64,000 nt of DNA from Octopus vulgaris (taxonomy: Eukaryota): positions 4,898,001 through 4,962,000 of the forward strand of contig OX597819.1 in assembly GCA_951406725.2 (NCBI GenBank), written 5' to 3'. This document shows positions 24,828 to 37,756 of this stretch, one piece after another. The stretch's first letter is position 1. Each line of letters begins with the position of its first letter. A model generated the notes under the pieces. The model was given only the letters and a program-made list of their open reading frames with translations, did not search any database and was not told the DNA's origin. A program made the position numbers and the translations under genes.

Positions 24828-24927
24828 TTCGTGAAATTTGAATTAGTATTTCTAAATTGAATTTTTCCCTGTAAGTTATGTATAATATTCCCTCAAATTT
24901 TATATATATATATATACACTGTATATA

Positions 24928-25000
<73 letters not shown>

Positions 25001-25080
25001 AGGTTTGGAGATGATGTACATGTATTATATATTAGAAAAAATGAGGTAATCAGATCGGATGGTTCATATTTATAGATATT
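24058..25080. mobile_element. Cluster of probable Penelope-like fragments separated by (TA)n runs
   Basis: Hammerhead-bearing segment 24058-24572; short inverted pair AAAAACACCTTTTATCAATTCA (about 24598) / TGAATTGATAAAAGGTGGTTTT (about 24739); each piece bounded by (TA)n. Confidence 0.5.
24100..24185 (-). ncRNA. Type I hammerhead ribozyme, intact core, long stem II
   Basis: Minus strand: ATTTTC-CTGAAGA-GAAGGCTGCAAA...TTTGCAGCCTTT-GAAA-C atat G-TA-GAAAAT; GUA cleavage triplet; palindromic ACATATGT stem III. Confidence 0.88.
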
Positions 25081-25094
25081 TATTTATATATTAC

Positions 25095-25220
<126 letters not shown>

Positions 25221-25260
25221 TGTATATATATGTGTATGTGTGTATATATATATATATATA

Positions 25261-25657
25261 TCTTTATATATAAAAGTGAAGTTGTGTGTCTGTCTCCTAC
25301 GATTTAGATTCCTAACTACTCCCACATTTTGCGGTGCAGTTTAACCAAAACCGGGTATCTTATAGTCGTGATTTATATCGAGCCCTTCTGGGTATTAGCG
25401 CACGTCTACGATGAGTTTATGATTTTTTTTTAAATTACCATAATTTTTTCCGCATTTATAATGCATTTTCGCTCGGTTTATATAAGGGAAGTAACTCTCT
25501 AAAAATGTATTATTAAATCTCAGAATGTAAAAAGCTACAGTAACACCCCCCCCTTTGTGGTTAGCCATATTGAGATGGCTATTATACTTTACATCTCAAA
25601 AAATGCTTATATAGTTATTTCCTTTACAAACCCGAGCAACGCCGGGCGACACTGCTA

Positions 25658-25658
<1 letters not shown>
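25261..25658 (+). mobile_element. Non-autonomous Helitron family A inserted in (TA)n
   Basis: A^TCTTTATATATAAAAG ... CCCGAGCAACGCCGGGCGACACTGCTAG^T. Confidence 0.92.
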
Positions 25659-25723
<65 letters not shown>

Positions 25724-25981
25724 TCTTTTATTCTTTTATTTGTTACAGTCATTTGACTTTCTGTCTTCGTGTGTACTCTTGCTCCGCTTTTATACATATA
25801 CACACATACGCGAGTAAATATACGTGTAAAACCCTTGTGGTATGCTATATAAAGCTCGTATAAAGTCTTACTCAAAGAAGGTGCATTTCACACCTTGAAT
25901 TGGTGATAATGATTACACAACATCTCACCAATGAACAAGTGTAAAAATGTGTCGAAACAATTGTAATGTTTATAGATAATG

Positions 25982-26078
<97 letters not shown>

Positions 26079-26517
26079 TGTATGTATGTATGTATGTGTG
26101 TATGTATATACTTACATATATATGTATATACATATGCATATATGGGTTCAGGACGTCACAGAAGGTAAACAACAGGAAATACGAAATACGAAAATATGGA
26201 ATACGAACTTTTTTGCGAACAGCGAAAGAAACAATAGTATCGATAATGCCCGAAATTGCGTTTGACTCCTCTTGCTGATAACTGATGAAGAATTTGTGAC
26301 CTTGTGTGTTTTCTGTGCGCCTGTGCATTTAGTATGTGTTCGTTTGTTTATTTACAATACGTTTATTTTTAATTATATATATATAATGTCATATTTTCCG
26401 TTTGTTGTCTTTTTATTTAATCCTGAAGATATTATTTATGTAACGCACGCACTCATTAATCTTATACCTATATATATATGTGTGTGCGTGTGTATGTGTG
26501 CGTGTGTGTGTGTGTGA

Positions 26518-26550
<33 letters not shown>

Positions 26551-26717
26551 TGTGTGTAGTTCAAATTTACAGAAAACAAACGACGAAGACAGGTGAAAGA
26601 ACAACAAGCAGAGTTTGAAGGTTTTTTAGTTATAGAAATCGACCCCAGGACTTACTCTTTGGAACCCTAGCACTTATTCTATCGGTTTCTTTTTCCAAAA
26701 CGCTAAGCTACGGGGAC

Positions 26718-26778
<61 letters not shown>

Positions 26779-26780
<2 letters not shown>

Positions 26781-27010
26781 CGTAGGAGTGACTGTATGAC
26801 AAGAAGTTTGCTGCCTGGTCACTAGGTCAAATAGATTTGGACGATGGAAACTGAAAAAAGCCCGTCGTATACACGTGTTTGTGGGCCGGAGGGTGCTAGC
26901 TTCGTGCTTGTCCCAGACAACCGCTTGTTGACTTCCTTTCCATCCCCGCAACTTAGAAGTTCGACGAAATTAACCGATAGAATATGTCGAATGACTGAGA
27001 CAAGTAAATG
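26779..27010 (+). mobile_element. Degenerate SINE family A copy
   Basis: GGCGTAGGAGTGACTG head and ATGACTGAGACAAGTAAA tail. Confidence 0.65.
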
Positions 27011-27250
27011 TTTTTTTTAGATATATCGTAGTAATATCTAATGTAGTTGTGGTTTACGACCAGTCAGGACGTTACCATTGGTTTCACACTTTTTATACTC
27101 TTAGCAATATAGACGTCTCCCACGGCTAAGAACGTAAAAGGCGCGAAAGCAAAGGTGACTCCCTGACCGGCCATACCAGCCACATAGTTTCGGGTTCATT
27201 CACATTGCGTGGCACCTTAGAACCTAGGGTTGGATTCAAAATTCTACCAG

Positions 27251-27296
27251 GACACCTGATGAAGGCTGGAGAGTAAATCAGCCGAAATTTTGTGGT
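27251..27296 (+). ncRNA. Degenerate hammerhead motif in a Penelope-like fragment (about 27235-27385)
   Basis: GACAC-CTGATGA-aGGCTG gagagtaaat CAGCC-GAAA-tttt-GTGGT; stem III lost. Confidence 0.6.
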
Positions 27297-27887
27297 AGCA
27301 ACAAACAAGATGAGGACAAATATCCGTCCAATGTAAAAAATGTAAATATTGTACAGAATTCCTCATCTCTAAAATATAGAACAATTTATGATTGTTTCAA
27401 AAATTCCATGTCGACTTAATCTTGCATCGTGTTTTTAAACGACTCCACAATTAATGATGTAGTCATATCCGTTGTACAGATACCCCGTTCATAGAAATGA
27501 TCCCTCGCAACTCTCTACAAAAAATAATATGCTGAAGTGTTTGTCTATCGCTTAAATATAGGACATTAATCAATGTTTATAGTGGACGGCACAGCGGTCA
27601 CGTTTATAAACATAATTGAAGATAAGTCAAAATGAATTTGTAGAAATAATTGTAAACTATGAAACAAAAATAATAACGCAAACTCCACTTTTCAGTGCTT
27701 ATTACTTCTGTAACCCCTCAGAGGAAACATGACTCCTCCTTCACTCCTCTCCACCCTTCATTTATGGTTTGAGAATAATTCTATAATTGTTGTAAACTGG
27801 AATGGAACTTACTCTCTTTCTGCTCACATCCATTCACCATTTAATGCTACTTGCTTTGCATCTTTTAGAGAGATAGATTAGATATAA

Positions 27888-28275
27888 CTAGCAGTATCGC
27901 CCGGCGTTGCTCGGGTTTGTAAGGGAAATAACTATATAAGCATTTTTAGAGAGTTATAGCCAAAAAATAGCAAAAAAATGCATTAAAAATGGAAAAAAAT
28001 TATGGTAATTTTTTTTAAATCGTTGACTCATCGTAGACATTTTTAGAGAGTTACTTCCCTTATCGAAAAAATGCATTAAAATGGAAAAAAATTATGGTAA
28101 ATTTTTTTTTAAATCGTAGACTCATCGTAGACGCGCGCTAATACCCAGAAGGGCTCGATATGAATCACGACTATAAGATACCCGGTTTTGGTTAAACTGC
28201 ACCGCAAAATGTGGGAGTAGTTAGGAATTTAAATCGTAGGAGACAGACACACAACCTCTCTTTTATATATAAAGA
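27888..28275 (-). mobile_element. Non-autonomous Helitron family A
   Basis: TC and CTAG termini with hairpin; homologous to 2921-3316. Confidence 0.92.
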
Positions 28276-28985
28276 TAAACTCAAAGAGCAACTAGAAAGT
28301 GAAAGTAGTTTCTAACTTAGGATGTCTCATAGATAGTGGTGGCAATGGTGTTGGAGGTGGTAGATGTGGTTATCATGGCAGTGGTGGTGTAGTGGTGACA
28401 GTGGATGTGTATGATGGCAGAAATTATAGTGTTGGTGTTTTTGTGGAGGTGGTGGTGGTGGTGGCGGCAGTGGATGATGATGATAGTAGTAGTAGCATTG
28501 ATTATGTTAGGATGTCTCATGGATGGTAGAGTTGAAGACATTGCAGAGTGTAGTGGTGGTGAAATTGGTGATTTTGAATATGATGCTGGTATTGATCTTG
28601 GGGTTGTGGTTGCAGAAGATGGTTGTGGTGGTGGCATTCGAGGTTGTAGTAATGGTTGTAGTGGTGGTTGTGAAGATGATTCTGATATTGATAGTCTTTG
28701 CATTGAGGTGGTGGCAGAGTCAGAGTAAATAATAAGAGCCGAGTTAACACAAGATTCTTAAATTTCGGAGATCATAAGATAGAGAGCAAGAAGTTAAAAG
28801 TTCCAATACTGGCCCAATACCTACACCCCAGATTCTTCAACTATTTTATAAGAAAGGGGTTAATGGCAGGATAGGGATTCAGCTTTAAAATAAATTGTAT
28901 AACAAAAAATACATAAATAAATTACTGCTCCAACGATGTAATTTTAGTATGTGTGTATGTATGTATGTATGTATGTGTGTGTGTG

Positions 28986-29962
28986 TAAGCAATGCAAACA
29001 ATGGAAAATAATTTAAACACTCATTTTCTGATGTCTAAGGATGGATATTTATGCGTATGAATCTTTTTCTTTTTATTTTCTTTGAAATATAATTCTAGGG
29101 AACTGAAAAAGCTGTGTACGATGCCAAGCGAATTTAGCTATTTACGATGAGCGGATGTTTACGTTACAAACGAATCTGTAGGTCTGTTTACATGTTTACG
29201 TTAACTACGTCACAAAATAGCTGTTTACGTCACAGTAACAATATTTTGAGAAGCAGTAAATAATATGAGGTCGAAAGAAAGAATATCATTGGTTAAAATT
29301 CGAATTTTTAAACAACGTTAAACTTAGAAATTACAATTCCGTTTTCATTTTGGTTTACAATTATGTTTTCTTTTGACACATTCTACCAGTATACGAAGTT
29401 TCAAATTGTTTAGTTAACTAAGAAAATCTGGCCTTCAAACTGAAAAGATCCAATATATACATTGTACAGAGAAAACACCCGAAGCCTATACAAAAACACT
29501 GAATATGTGTTTATTATTCATCCAAAGTAAACAGTACGTGTGTAGGCACGTTTGTTGTGCACATATATATTTATTAAAGGAGAAACGAATAATAATTTTA
29601 TACAAAAGGAATAACTTTCAAATTCTATAAAGCAATGCAAACAATGGAAAATAATTTAAACACTAATTTTATATATACTCAGACTTTCAAAAAGAATTTA
29701 GCTGTTTACGTTAACTACGTCACAACACAGCTGTTTACGTCACAGTAACAATATGTTTAGACGCAGAAAACAATTTCAGCTGAAAACAGAGAATACGATT
29801 GGTTAAAATTCGAAGAATTAAACTACGTAAAAGTTACAAAATACGATTTTCTCAAAAAAACTAATTGAAATTACTGGGTTTTTTTGACACATTCTACCAG
29901 TATACGAAGTTTCAAATTGTTTAGTTAAGTAGAAAATTCCGTCCTTCAAACAGAAAAGATCC
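28986..29962. mobile_element. Two tandem right halves of the GGATCTTTTC-TIR (Merlin-type) MITE family, ending at 29451 and 29962
   Basis: Both end ...ATTCTACCAGTATACGAAGTTTCAAATTGTTTAGTTAA...GAAAAGATCC; shared upstream AAGCAATGCAAACAATGGAAAATAATTTAAACAC. Confidence 0.75.
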
Positions 29963-30279
29963 CCCAAATCCCCTTAAAACCATATACTACTAAAGGAAGG
30001 GTACATTGGCTAATATAATCATAGATGCTATATCTGAAAAAAAGTGGGGGCACAAAAATACGGGTTGGTCATAGTTGGAACCCTTTGATCCTCAACCGGG
30101 TTTATCAGGATGACCTGAGTTAAATAGCAAAAATAATATATTTGTAATATTGATTATAGACACAGGATATATTTTGGGGTGAGTGGAGGGTATAATCATT
30201 TATATCGATCTCCAATACTTGATCGATGTATTTTCTCGACCGTGGAAGAACAGACGGATCCTTCAAACAGAAAAGATCC

Positions 30280-30480
30280 TATTTCTTTACTACCTAAAAG
30301 GGGCTAAACACAGAAGGGACAAACAAGGACAGACAAACGGATTAAGTCGATTATATCGACCCGGTGCGTAACTGGTACTTATTTAATCGACCCCGAAAGG
30401 ATGAAAGGCAAAGTCGACCTCGGCGGAATTTGAACTCATAACGTAACGGCAGACGAAATACCGCTAAGCATTTCGCCGCC
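30280..30480 (-). mobile_element. SINE family B with Tx1-type tail and a small deletion in the head
   Basis: TATTTCTTTACTACC...GGGGCTAAACACAGA...GTCGACCTCGGCGGAATTTGAACTC. Confidence 0.85.
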
Positions 30481-30999
30481 TTAAAATTCGTTAATATTAA
30501 AATGAAAAAACTTGATAAAAATCACATACTTTTCATGTGAATAAAATTATCGAGCGCTCTCCGCACGGCAATTGAATATGTGAACGTGACGTATTTTCTC
30601 GCTGCTGTTTTGGCAGAGAAGGAAAGACTGTCAACTGATCATATTTCGACATGTTTACAAATATCCGTTTTCGTGCTGTCGGTATCCAGGCAGTGAAGCT
30701 TTGGTCTTCACAATGAGTTACCCATTGCTGAGGATGATGACAGGGAGTCACTTCACGTTAAAAAGAAAGAGGAAGAGAGCATAAATTTTCTTTCCATAAT
30801 CATTAACGAGTCGACTGTTACCATATGTCCGTATATATGTACGTACTTACATATGTATGTAGGTGTGTACGTATGTGTGTGAATTAGGTCACTCTTATTG
30901 TTACTAGTAACAAGTAACCCAGTACAACTTGCAGCATGATCGGGCTGCCGGCAACTAAACTGGTAACACTACCAAGCTTGCTTAATAAAGAAGGCCAGT

Positions 31000-31420
31000 T
31001 CTGTTGGACACGGCAGTGCAGAAAACGAATCTTGTCAACGAGCATATGCACTCAGTAGACTCAACAGACATCTCATAGTAGAGACTGAAAGACCCCAAAG
31101 TATTTGTTTAGATATCTCACTAGGGGAAAGAAAACTTGGATGCAACACCCGCCACTTTGTATGCTCAACGGGCCCTGCCCTATTTAACATTGTCCCGAGG
31201 GAGATCAAAGAGGAAAAGGATCCCATCAATTTTAAACTGAGTCTGGATAGATTCCTTCAAAGAATACCAGATAAGCCACCCATAATTGGATACAACTCAC
31301 CCAACAAGAACTCACTACTTGAACAAAACTTGACTTAAACAGGATTCGAATAATCCTATCAGTTAGACATGGCCTGGACCAATCTTTGGTCGAAACATAT
31401 CGAAGTTTACCTAAGTTTTA
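31000..31420 (+). mobile_element. 3' fragment of a CR1-group LINE
   Basis: GPALFNIVPREIKEEKDPINFKLSLDRFLQRIPDKP...NKNSL, a typical CR1 ORF2 C-terminus. Confidence 0.7.
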
Positions 31421-31769
31421 TCTCATGTTTGGCGTTGATTATGACAAAGACTTAGTGTCAATTTCTATGCATGATTATTTGACAAGGTTTCATGAGACAC
31501 AGCCAATCTTGTATGAACAACAGATGTTGGATAATTGATGATGAGGATGATTTTCCACATCGCTGCATTTACGTTGATTCTTCATCCATCTTGATATTGG
31601 GTTTATAACTGTGAAAACAGCTATTAGGGAAATCGTGCTTATATACTTAAGTATAAAGCTGTGAAAGCAGTTATAAGAGAACATTCACTCGAGACAGGTT
31701 CAACGAAATCCAAATTCTCAAGCCTTCGTTGAATGAAAATTCTGGAACTTATCACGTGAACAAAATGTT

Positions 31770-31911
31770 CTGATTGGCTGAAATGAGGTCTTCATGCATG
31801 ATAAACTCGAGATTTACATGTGGAAAACAACTTGTATATATCTATGGCAGTTGTTTTCCACATGTAAATCTCGAGTTTATCATGCATGAAGACCTCATTT
31901 CAGCCAATCAG
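31770..31911. repeat. Perfect palindrome, 63-bp arms, 16-nt spacer
   Basis: 31770-31832 is the exact reverse complement of 31849-31911. Confidence 0.95.
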
Positions 31912-32129
31912 GAGGTAAATTGCTTGCATTGTTTAGAAAGTGGTTCTGGCCATGTGCAAGCTCTTTCCTCGCTTGAAAATGTTTCAAATATCACGTGATA
32001 TTAACACTTGTGTTATCCCAATTAACACTTGTATTTACGTTTCGAAAGATTTACGGAAAGGCAGTAAATATCTATCTCCTAATCTATTTATCTACCTGTC
32101 TATCTGTCTATCTATGTGTTTGTGCAACT

Positions 32130-32280
32130 GCTTGGTAAGAAGTTTATTTCTCAGCAACATGGTTCCGGGTTCAGTCCCACTGCGTGACAACTTGGGCAAA
32201 TGTCCCCTACTGTAGCCTCGGGCCTAACCAAAGCCTCATGAATGGATCTGGTAGACGGAAACTGAAAGAAGCCCGTCATG
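32130..32280 (+). mobile_element. SINE family A 5' half
   Basis: GGTTCCGGGTTCAGTCCCACTGCGTG...GGAAACTGAAAGAAGCCCGTC. Confidence 0.8.
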
Positions 32281-32337
32281 ACTAAATCCACGAGTTTTTT
32301 TTTTTCTTTATTCTCCCTCTGTTTATTTCCTCGTATT

Positions 32338-32375
32338 TCTCTCTGTTGAAGAGCGTAGGCTCGAAACGTAAAAGA
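32338..32375 (+). ncRNA. Minimal hammerhead motif with A6-to-U change, in a Penelope-like fragment (about 32300-32462)
   Basis: TCTCT-CTGTTGA-a-GAGC gtag GCTC-GAAA-CG-TA-AAAGA. Tail fragments of the same element at about 22995-23058 and 26558-26610 (minus). Confidence 0.55.
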
Positions 32376-32457
32376 CTTTCTCACCTTCCCGAGCGTCAAA
32401 CTAATACACCTTCTTGTTTATACACCTGTCTTCGTCTTTTGTTTTTCTGTAAATTTC

Positions 32458-32518
<61 letters not shown>

Positions 32519-33005
32519 GAATGCAAGTGTATATGGTTGTATATGTGTGTCTAGTCCCAAAAGGCTCTGAAACGGTGCATCCTCGAGCAAAATGAATTTG
32601 ATAATTTGATTTTCGAAATCTGTGTCCTAAAGAGAAGGTCGTCCGTAAATAATAATGATTTCAAATTTTGGCGCAAGGCTAGCAATTTTAGAGGGAAGTT
32701 ACATCGACACCAGTGTTCAACAAGGTACTTATTTTATTGACCCCAAAAGGATGAAAGGTAAAATCGACCCCGGTGGTGTTTGAACTCAAGACGCCGAAAT
32801 GCACGCCAAGCATTCTGCCAGTTCGCCGTAAATAACAATAAAAAATATATAATTTGCTATGAGAAATAACTCAACTTTTAGGTCGACAAATTTCCCACTA
32901 TCTGTTACAATCAGTTTATCTCTCTATATATATTTACCACACTCTTTGTCACTCTCTCCTTCTCTCTCCTTCTCTCTCCTTCTCTCTCTCTCCTTCTCTC
33001 TCTCT

Positions 33006-33070
<65 letters not shown>

Positions 33071-33289
33071 CTCTCTCTTCGTTTCTACTTAAATCCCAAC
33101 ATTGTACCATCGCATCATCATTCCATAAAATGTGTTTATGGAAAGAAAAATTTCGAAAAACATCAATACATGTCAGAGTGACAAAGAAATGAGGAAGGTA
33201 CCAAGTGGTCGTGGGATGAGCAAGAAACAACAGCTTCACACACCTTTTCGTCTGAAAATTATTTTGAAATTATAAACAAAACAAACAAA

Positions 33290-34655
33290 TTACAGATCTG
33301 GACTGTCCGAATCTTAAAACTATGATTAGACAAAAAGCCGATATTTTAGGATTTATGGAGAGACAGGGTTTATGAAAAAATTAAAAAGGATTTCATTTTT
33401 TTTAAAATTACGTTTCAATTATTTCAATTATTTTCTATTATTTTCTATTATTTAAATTACGTTTAAATTATTTTCTGTTTGGAAATAAAGTTAAAATAAA
33501 GTTTGTACCCCCCACCAAAAAAAAAACACCCCTTTTTATTTATCTATTGTTTTTCTATACAAACACCCGTTTTCGGCTACGGAGAACACGAATCTGCAAA
33601 AAAAAAAAATTGGAAAAAATCAGCATTTTTAAATTACCCCCACCCCACCCCTAATTTCTTTATTTTAAACTTTTTCCAGAATTTTTTCTTTTCAAAATAT
33701 GCAGAAAAATACGGAGATTATGATTCTGAAACAAATATCCAAAAGGTTCTCTACTTGTGGTTAGGATTAAGGTTTTAGGGTTAGGGTTAGGGTTTTAGGG
33801 TTTTAGGGTTAGGGCTAGGATTTTAGGGTTAGGGTTAGGGTTGGATTTTTAGGGTGAGGGTTACAGAAAAAAGTGAAAAATGAAGAAATTGCACGGGCGG
33901 GTGGTCAAAAAATTTCAAAATTGCAATTTTTTGCAATTTTCCGGAATATCCGTATCCGAAAACGTGGGTTTTTGACAAAAAAAAAATTTAAAAAACAAAA
34001 ATTTGCGAGAAACTGGTGGGTAGGTGGGTGGGTGGGAGTCTCTCCAATCGCCGATTTCTGAAAATATATATTTTTTTTTATTACCTTCAAGGCCTCCCCC
34101 ATCGTTTTTAAGTGCGTAGATCTAAACAAATTTACCAAAATCGGTACTGAATGGGGGAGAGGACTGAAAAAATTGATTTTTTTATTACCCACAAGGGGCC
34201 AACAAAGAGGGGACAATACAATCTGATTTTGGGGTCAGATGAGCGAATGATTATACAAAAAAATGACATTAAAAATTTTACAAAAATAAGATATAATAAA
34301 ATCGAATGGTAGGACAGACCGGAAGACATTACGGATGGAGTGGTGGGGCGGGTTTAATTCGGACCCCACGAGCCCCGCCTCGCCACTGATACCTGAGTTT
34401 ATATCCTGTGTCGCATTTAGGAGAGGACTGAAAAAATTAATAAAATTTCAAAAATTTGCGTTTTCATTATCATCGAAAAGGCGTCTCCCATTGTTTTTTA
34501 GTGCAAAAGAAAAAAGTGGACGAAACCAGTCAAGGTTGGGAGGGAGGATGCATAATTTTCTAAAAAACATTTTTCACAAAGATCTTCCCCCCATCATTCG
34601 CAAAGATGTGAAGGGGAAACAAATTGAAAAATCCTCGTCAAAACGGATTAAATCC
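33290..34655. mobile_element. Degenerate DNA-transposon-like element with internal TTAGGG/TTTTAGGG tract (33760-33862)
   Basis: Internal sub-repeats; 34470-34640 resembles 40465-40660 inside the Merlin-type MITE; telomere-like tract. Confidence 0.45.
34175..34419 (-). mobile_element. 5'-truncated Tx1 copy (3' UTR only) with 19-bp TSD
   Basis: Homologous to 11866-12090; GGAGAGGACTGAAAAAATT at 34156-34174 and 34420-34438. Confidence 0.9.
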
Positions 34656-35374
34656 AATTTATGTGGGTGTACTGTTCCGAAAATCCGCCAAATTATTCTA
34701 ATGTACGGCATCGACGGGATAGAAAGCTAGTGTGTGGGTGTCTCTGTCTGTCCGTCTGCCTATGTATCTATGTGTCTCACTATCTAGTTTTCTCTAACCA
34801 TCCAATTTCTCCAACCCACTCTCTTTATCTATCTGTCTATCTATTTCCCTCTCCCTTCGCCTGCTCCAAATCAACAATATACGTCGTATTCAAAAATAAA
34901 CCATTGAAAGCAAGTTATTTATTACACTAGATGTCAAAATATAAGTATCATGCTCAAACATGATCTTGTTTAACCAACTCGGATCAATAGTTATTAAGAA
35001 TAATGTTTTTGTTTACGTTACAGCTAGCAACGGCAATGAACTAATAATTCTTTCTACTTCTTTTTACACAAGGCCTGATTTTTTTTTGGTGGGGGGGGAG
35101 CTTGTCGATTACATCAGCACAGTACTTGACTGGTAGTAATTTCATCGGCAGAATTTGAACTTAGAACCTAAGGTCTTTTAAGATGAATAAAATATTTCAG
35201 ATTATTTTTCTTGGATATTTTGATTTTGTTAATTTAGTTTGCTTCCAACCACAAAGCCTTGTAAATGGATTTGATAGACGGAAATTGAAAGAAACCCACT
35301 ATGGAAAGATTTCTTTTTGTACCCCCATCCCCGTAAAAGTCTTTAAAAAAAATATTACACATGGTGGAAAATTG

Positions 35375-35980
35375 GGATCTTTTCCTTTTGAACGGCAGAC
35401 AATTTCTAGTTAACTAAACACTTTTAAACTTCGTATACTGGTAGAATGTGTCAAAATAATACATTTTTTTCTCTTGGCTTCCTTGAGAAAATTGTAATTT
35501 GTTTGTTTAACGTAGTTTAATATTTCGAATTTTAACCAATGAATCGCCTCTAGTGAGCTAAAATCATTTGCTGCGTCTAAAACTGAGACAACATCCTGTA
35601 ACTAACCCTAAACCTCCCCCTAACCCTAACCCTAAATTTTTTTTCTTAATTGTTAAATTAATTTAATTGTTACGCGTGTAAAAAAAAAAAAATAATAATT
35701 CTATAATTTTATACACACGCTTTCCGTACATTATAGAATTATTTTGTTTGCTAATTGTTTAAATTATTTTCCATTGCTTTAGTTTCTTTTACACGCGTAG
35801 CAATTAAATTAATACGAAAAAAAATGTAGGGTTAGGGTTGGGGTTAGGGGGAGGTTTAGGGTTAGTTACAGGATGTTGTCTCAGTTTTACACGCAGCAAA
35901 TGATTTTAGTTCAATGGAGGTAATCGATTGGTTAAAATTGCCGAAACACTCGGATTTTCAGACGAAATATTTTACAAACT
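35375..35980. mobile_element. Palindromic Merlin-type MITE (left TIR intact) with CCCTAA/TTAGGG tracts
   Basis: GGATCTTTTCCTTTTGAACGGC start; 35530-35690 mirrors 35785-35940. Confidence 0.75.
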
Positions 35981-36062
35981 ACACACGAGCTTTCTATTCC
36001 GTCGATGCCGTACATTAGAATACTTTGGCGGATTTTCGGAACAATACACCCACATAAATTGG

Positions 36063-37500
36063 GATGTGAAGCTGCCGCCCACGCTACCAGAGCCTATGCC
36101 TTGTTCACCCTCATTGTCACCCAAGGTCATCCTCAAACTTAACCTTAAGAATGCCTTCAAATTCATCAGCTGCAATGCTATCCTCAGCTCATTAAGAGAG
36201 AAGATCCCACAGCTCTAGCGCCTTGCATGGTAGGATTATCGGGAGCCCTCCTATCTCTCTTTCGGTGACTGAATCATCACCTCCGCCTCAGGAGTCCAAC
36301 AGGGCGACCCACTAGGGCCCGCTCTGTTCGCACTGAGTATTGATGACATCACCAAGATGGGCGTCGAGCTAGGCCTCAAAGTCTGGTATCTTGACGATGC
36401 TTGTTTGGGAGGACTTCCGGACAAGGTTCTCGCTATTGCTAACATGTTTGGGGAGCTTAGTCGCCGGGGTCTCCAAGTAAACAGCTCCAAATATGAGCTC
36501 TGGTTCCTCAACCACCTGGCTTCTAAACATCAACCAACTATTGACCTTTTTGCAGAATCTTTCCCTTCCATTGCAGCCCCTCCCCCATCGGCTTGATGCT
36601 CTCTAGGTTCCACCCAATCACTGACCTTGTCTTTGAGTCTATCTTCCAATCGAAGGTGACTGCCCTTGAGCAATTGCTGAAAGATATTGAAGCTATCGAA
36701 CCCCATCAAGGTTTTTTTATAATTAGGAATTACCTCTCGATCCCTAAGCTTTTGTATTTACTTAGAGTTAGCTCATTTCAGCGATTCTCCCATCGTGCCT
36801 CCAACGCTTCGACAACCTAATCTTCGAAAGACTCGAATGCTCAGTCAATGTCAGACTCTCTGCAACGTCTTGCGATCATGCTGCATTGCACAAGCAATTT
36901 GGAGGTCTTGGTCTTCGTGAGTGTTCCTCCCTCTCTCCCCTGCTTTCTTTCCATCACCCACGCTTACTCCACCCTGGTGAGCAACATCCTCTCCTCCATG
37001 GCCTTTCTTGTCTCCTGAATGCTGGTCGCTTCGCGCGTCATACGGAGTTGAACCTCAAGAGGAGCTTAGCTCGGGCAAACATCCCCTCAATCTTAGAACC
37101 ATCTGGATGTGCCCCTGGTCGCAAGGCAGATGCCTTGTCTGGGCTGTCACAGTTAGCGTTTCCTTTGCTTCTTCTCACATCCTGGATGCTGCGGTCAGGA
37201 CGAGATCCACAACTTCTGCGGCCCAGCGGAACTGAAATACCGCGATCTGTCGGCCAACTACATTGTCCATCTTGTGACGTTCGAGATGTTTGGTGGGGTC
37301 GGGCTACTTACTGCGAGATTCCTGTCTTCTCTGGCAACTCGCCCTGCAGAGGTAACTGGTGATGCTCGTGAAGGCGCTTGGCTGTTGCAGCGCATCAGCC
37401 TCGCCATCACCCGCGGCAACGCTGCAAGCGAACTGGCGTATCTCAATAGCCATTAGAAAGGTTTCCCGATGCTCCCAACTTTTCGACTCAAGGTGGTGAA
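36063..37500 (+). mobile_element. CRE-clade non-LTR retrotransposon relic (RT plus restriction-like endonuclease)
   Basis: LKLNLKNAF, SASGVQQGDPLGPALF, WYLDD, GGLGLR, HGLSC..GRFARH..LN..IPSILEPSG, PWSQGRCLVWAVT, QRISLAITRGNAA. Confidence 0.88.
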
Positions 37501-37589
37501 TTTTTTTTTTTTTTTTTTCTTTCTTCTTTCTTTTTTTTTTCTTTTTAATTTTTTCAATTGTGTTCTCCGTTTTGTCCAGTTTACTAGTT

Positions 37590-37755
37590 TCTGGTGTTGA
37601 TGTGTTTACGTCCTCGTAACTTAGCGGTTCACCGAGAAACCCATTGAATAAGTACTAGGCTTAAGAAGTATTAGGATCGATTTGTTCGACAAAAACCCGT
37701 CAAAACGATGCCCCAGCATGGCCGCAGTCCAATGACTGAAACAAGTAAACTATAA
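37590..37755 (+). mobile_element. SINE family A 3' half
   Basis: GTAACTTAGCGGTTC...CCAGCATGGCCGCAGTCCAATGACTGAAACAAGTAAA. Confidence 0.8.
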
Positions 37756-37756
37756 A

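Noticed and set aside
26275-26310. CTGATGA hammerhead-like seed (also at 11914 and 1210)
   Set aside because: No stem II followed by GAAA, and no stem I pairing.
28299-28750. Overlapping Pro/Ser/His-rich ORFs up to 128 aa
   Set aside because: Low-complexity trinucleotide sequence, open in several frames, with no recognisable domain.
30528-30752. Minus-strand exon-like segment with a pyrimidine tract and GTATGT donor
   Set aside because: Stop codons in all three frames before the donor; no recognisable homology.
33760-33862. TTAGGG tract as a chromosome end or fusion site
   Set aside because: Short, degenerate and embedded in a repeat family that carries such tracts.
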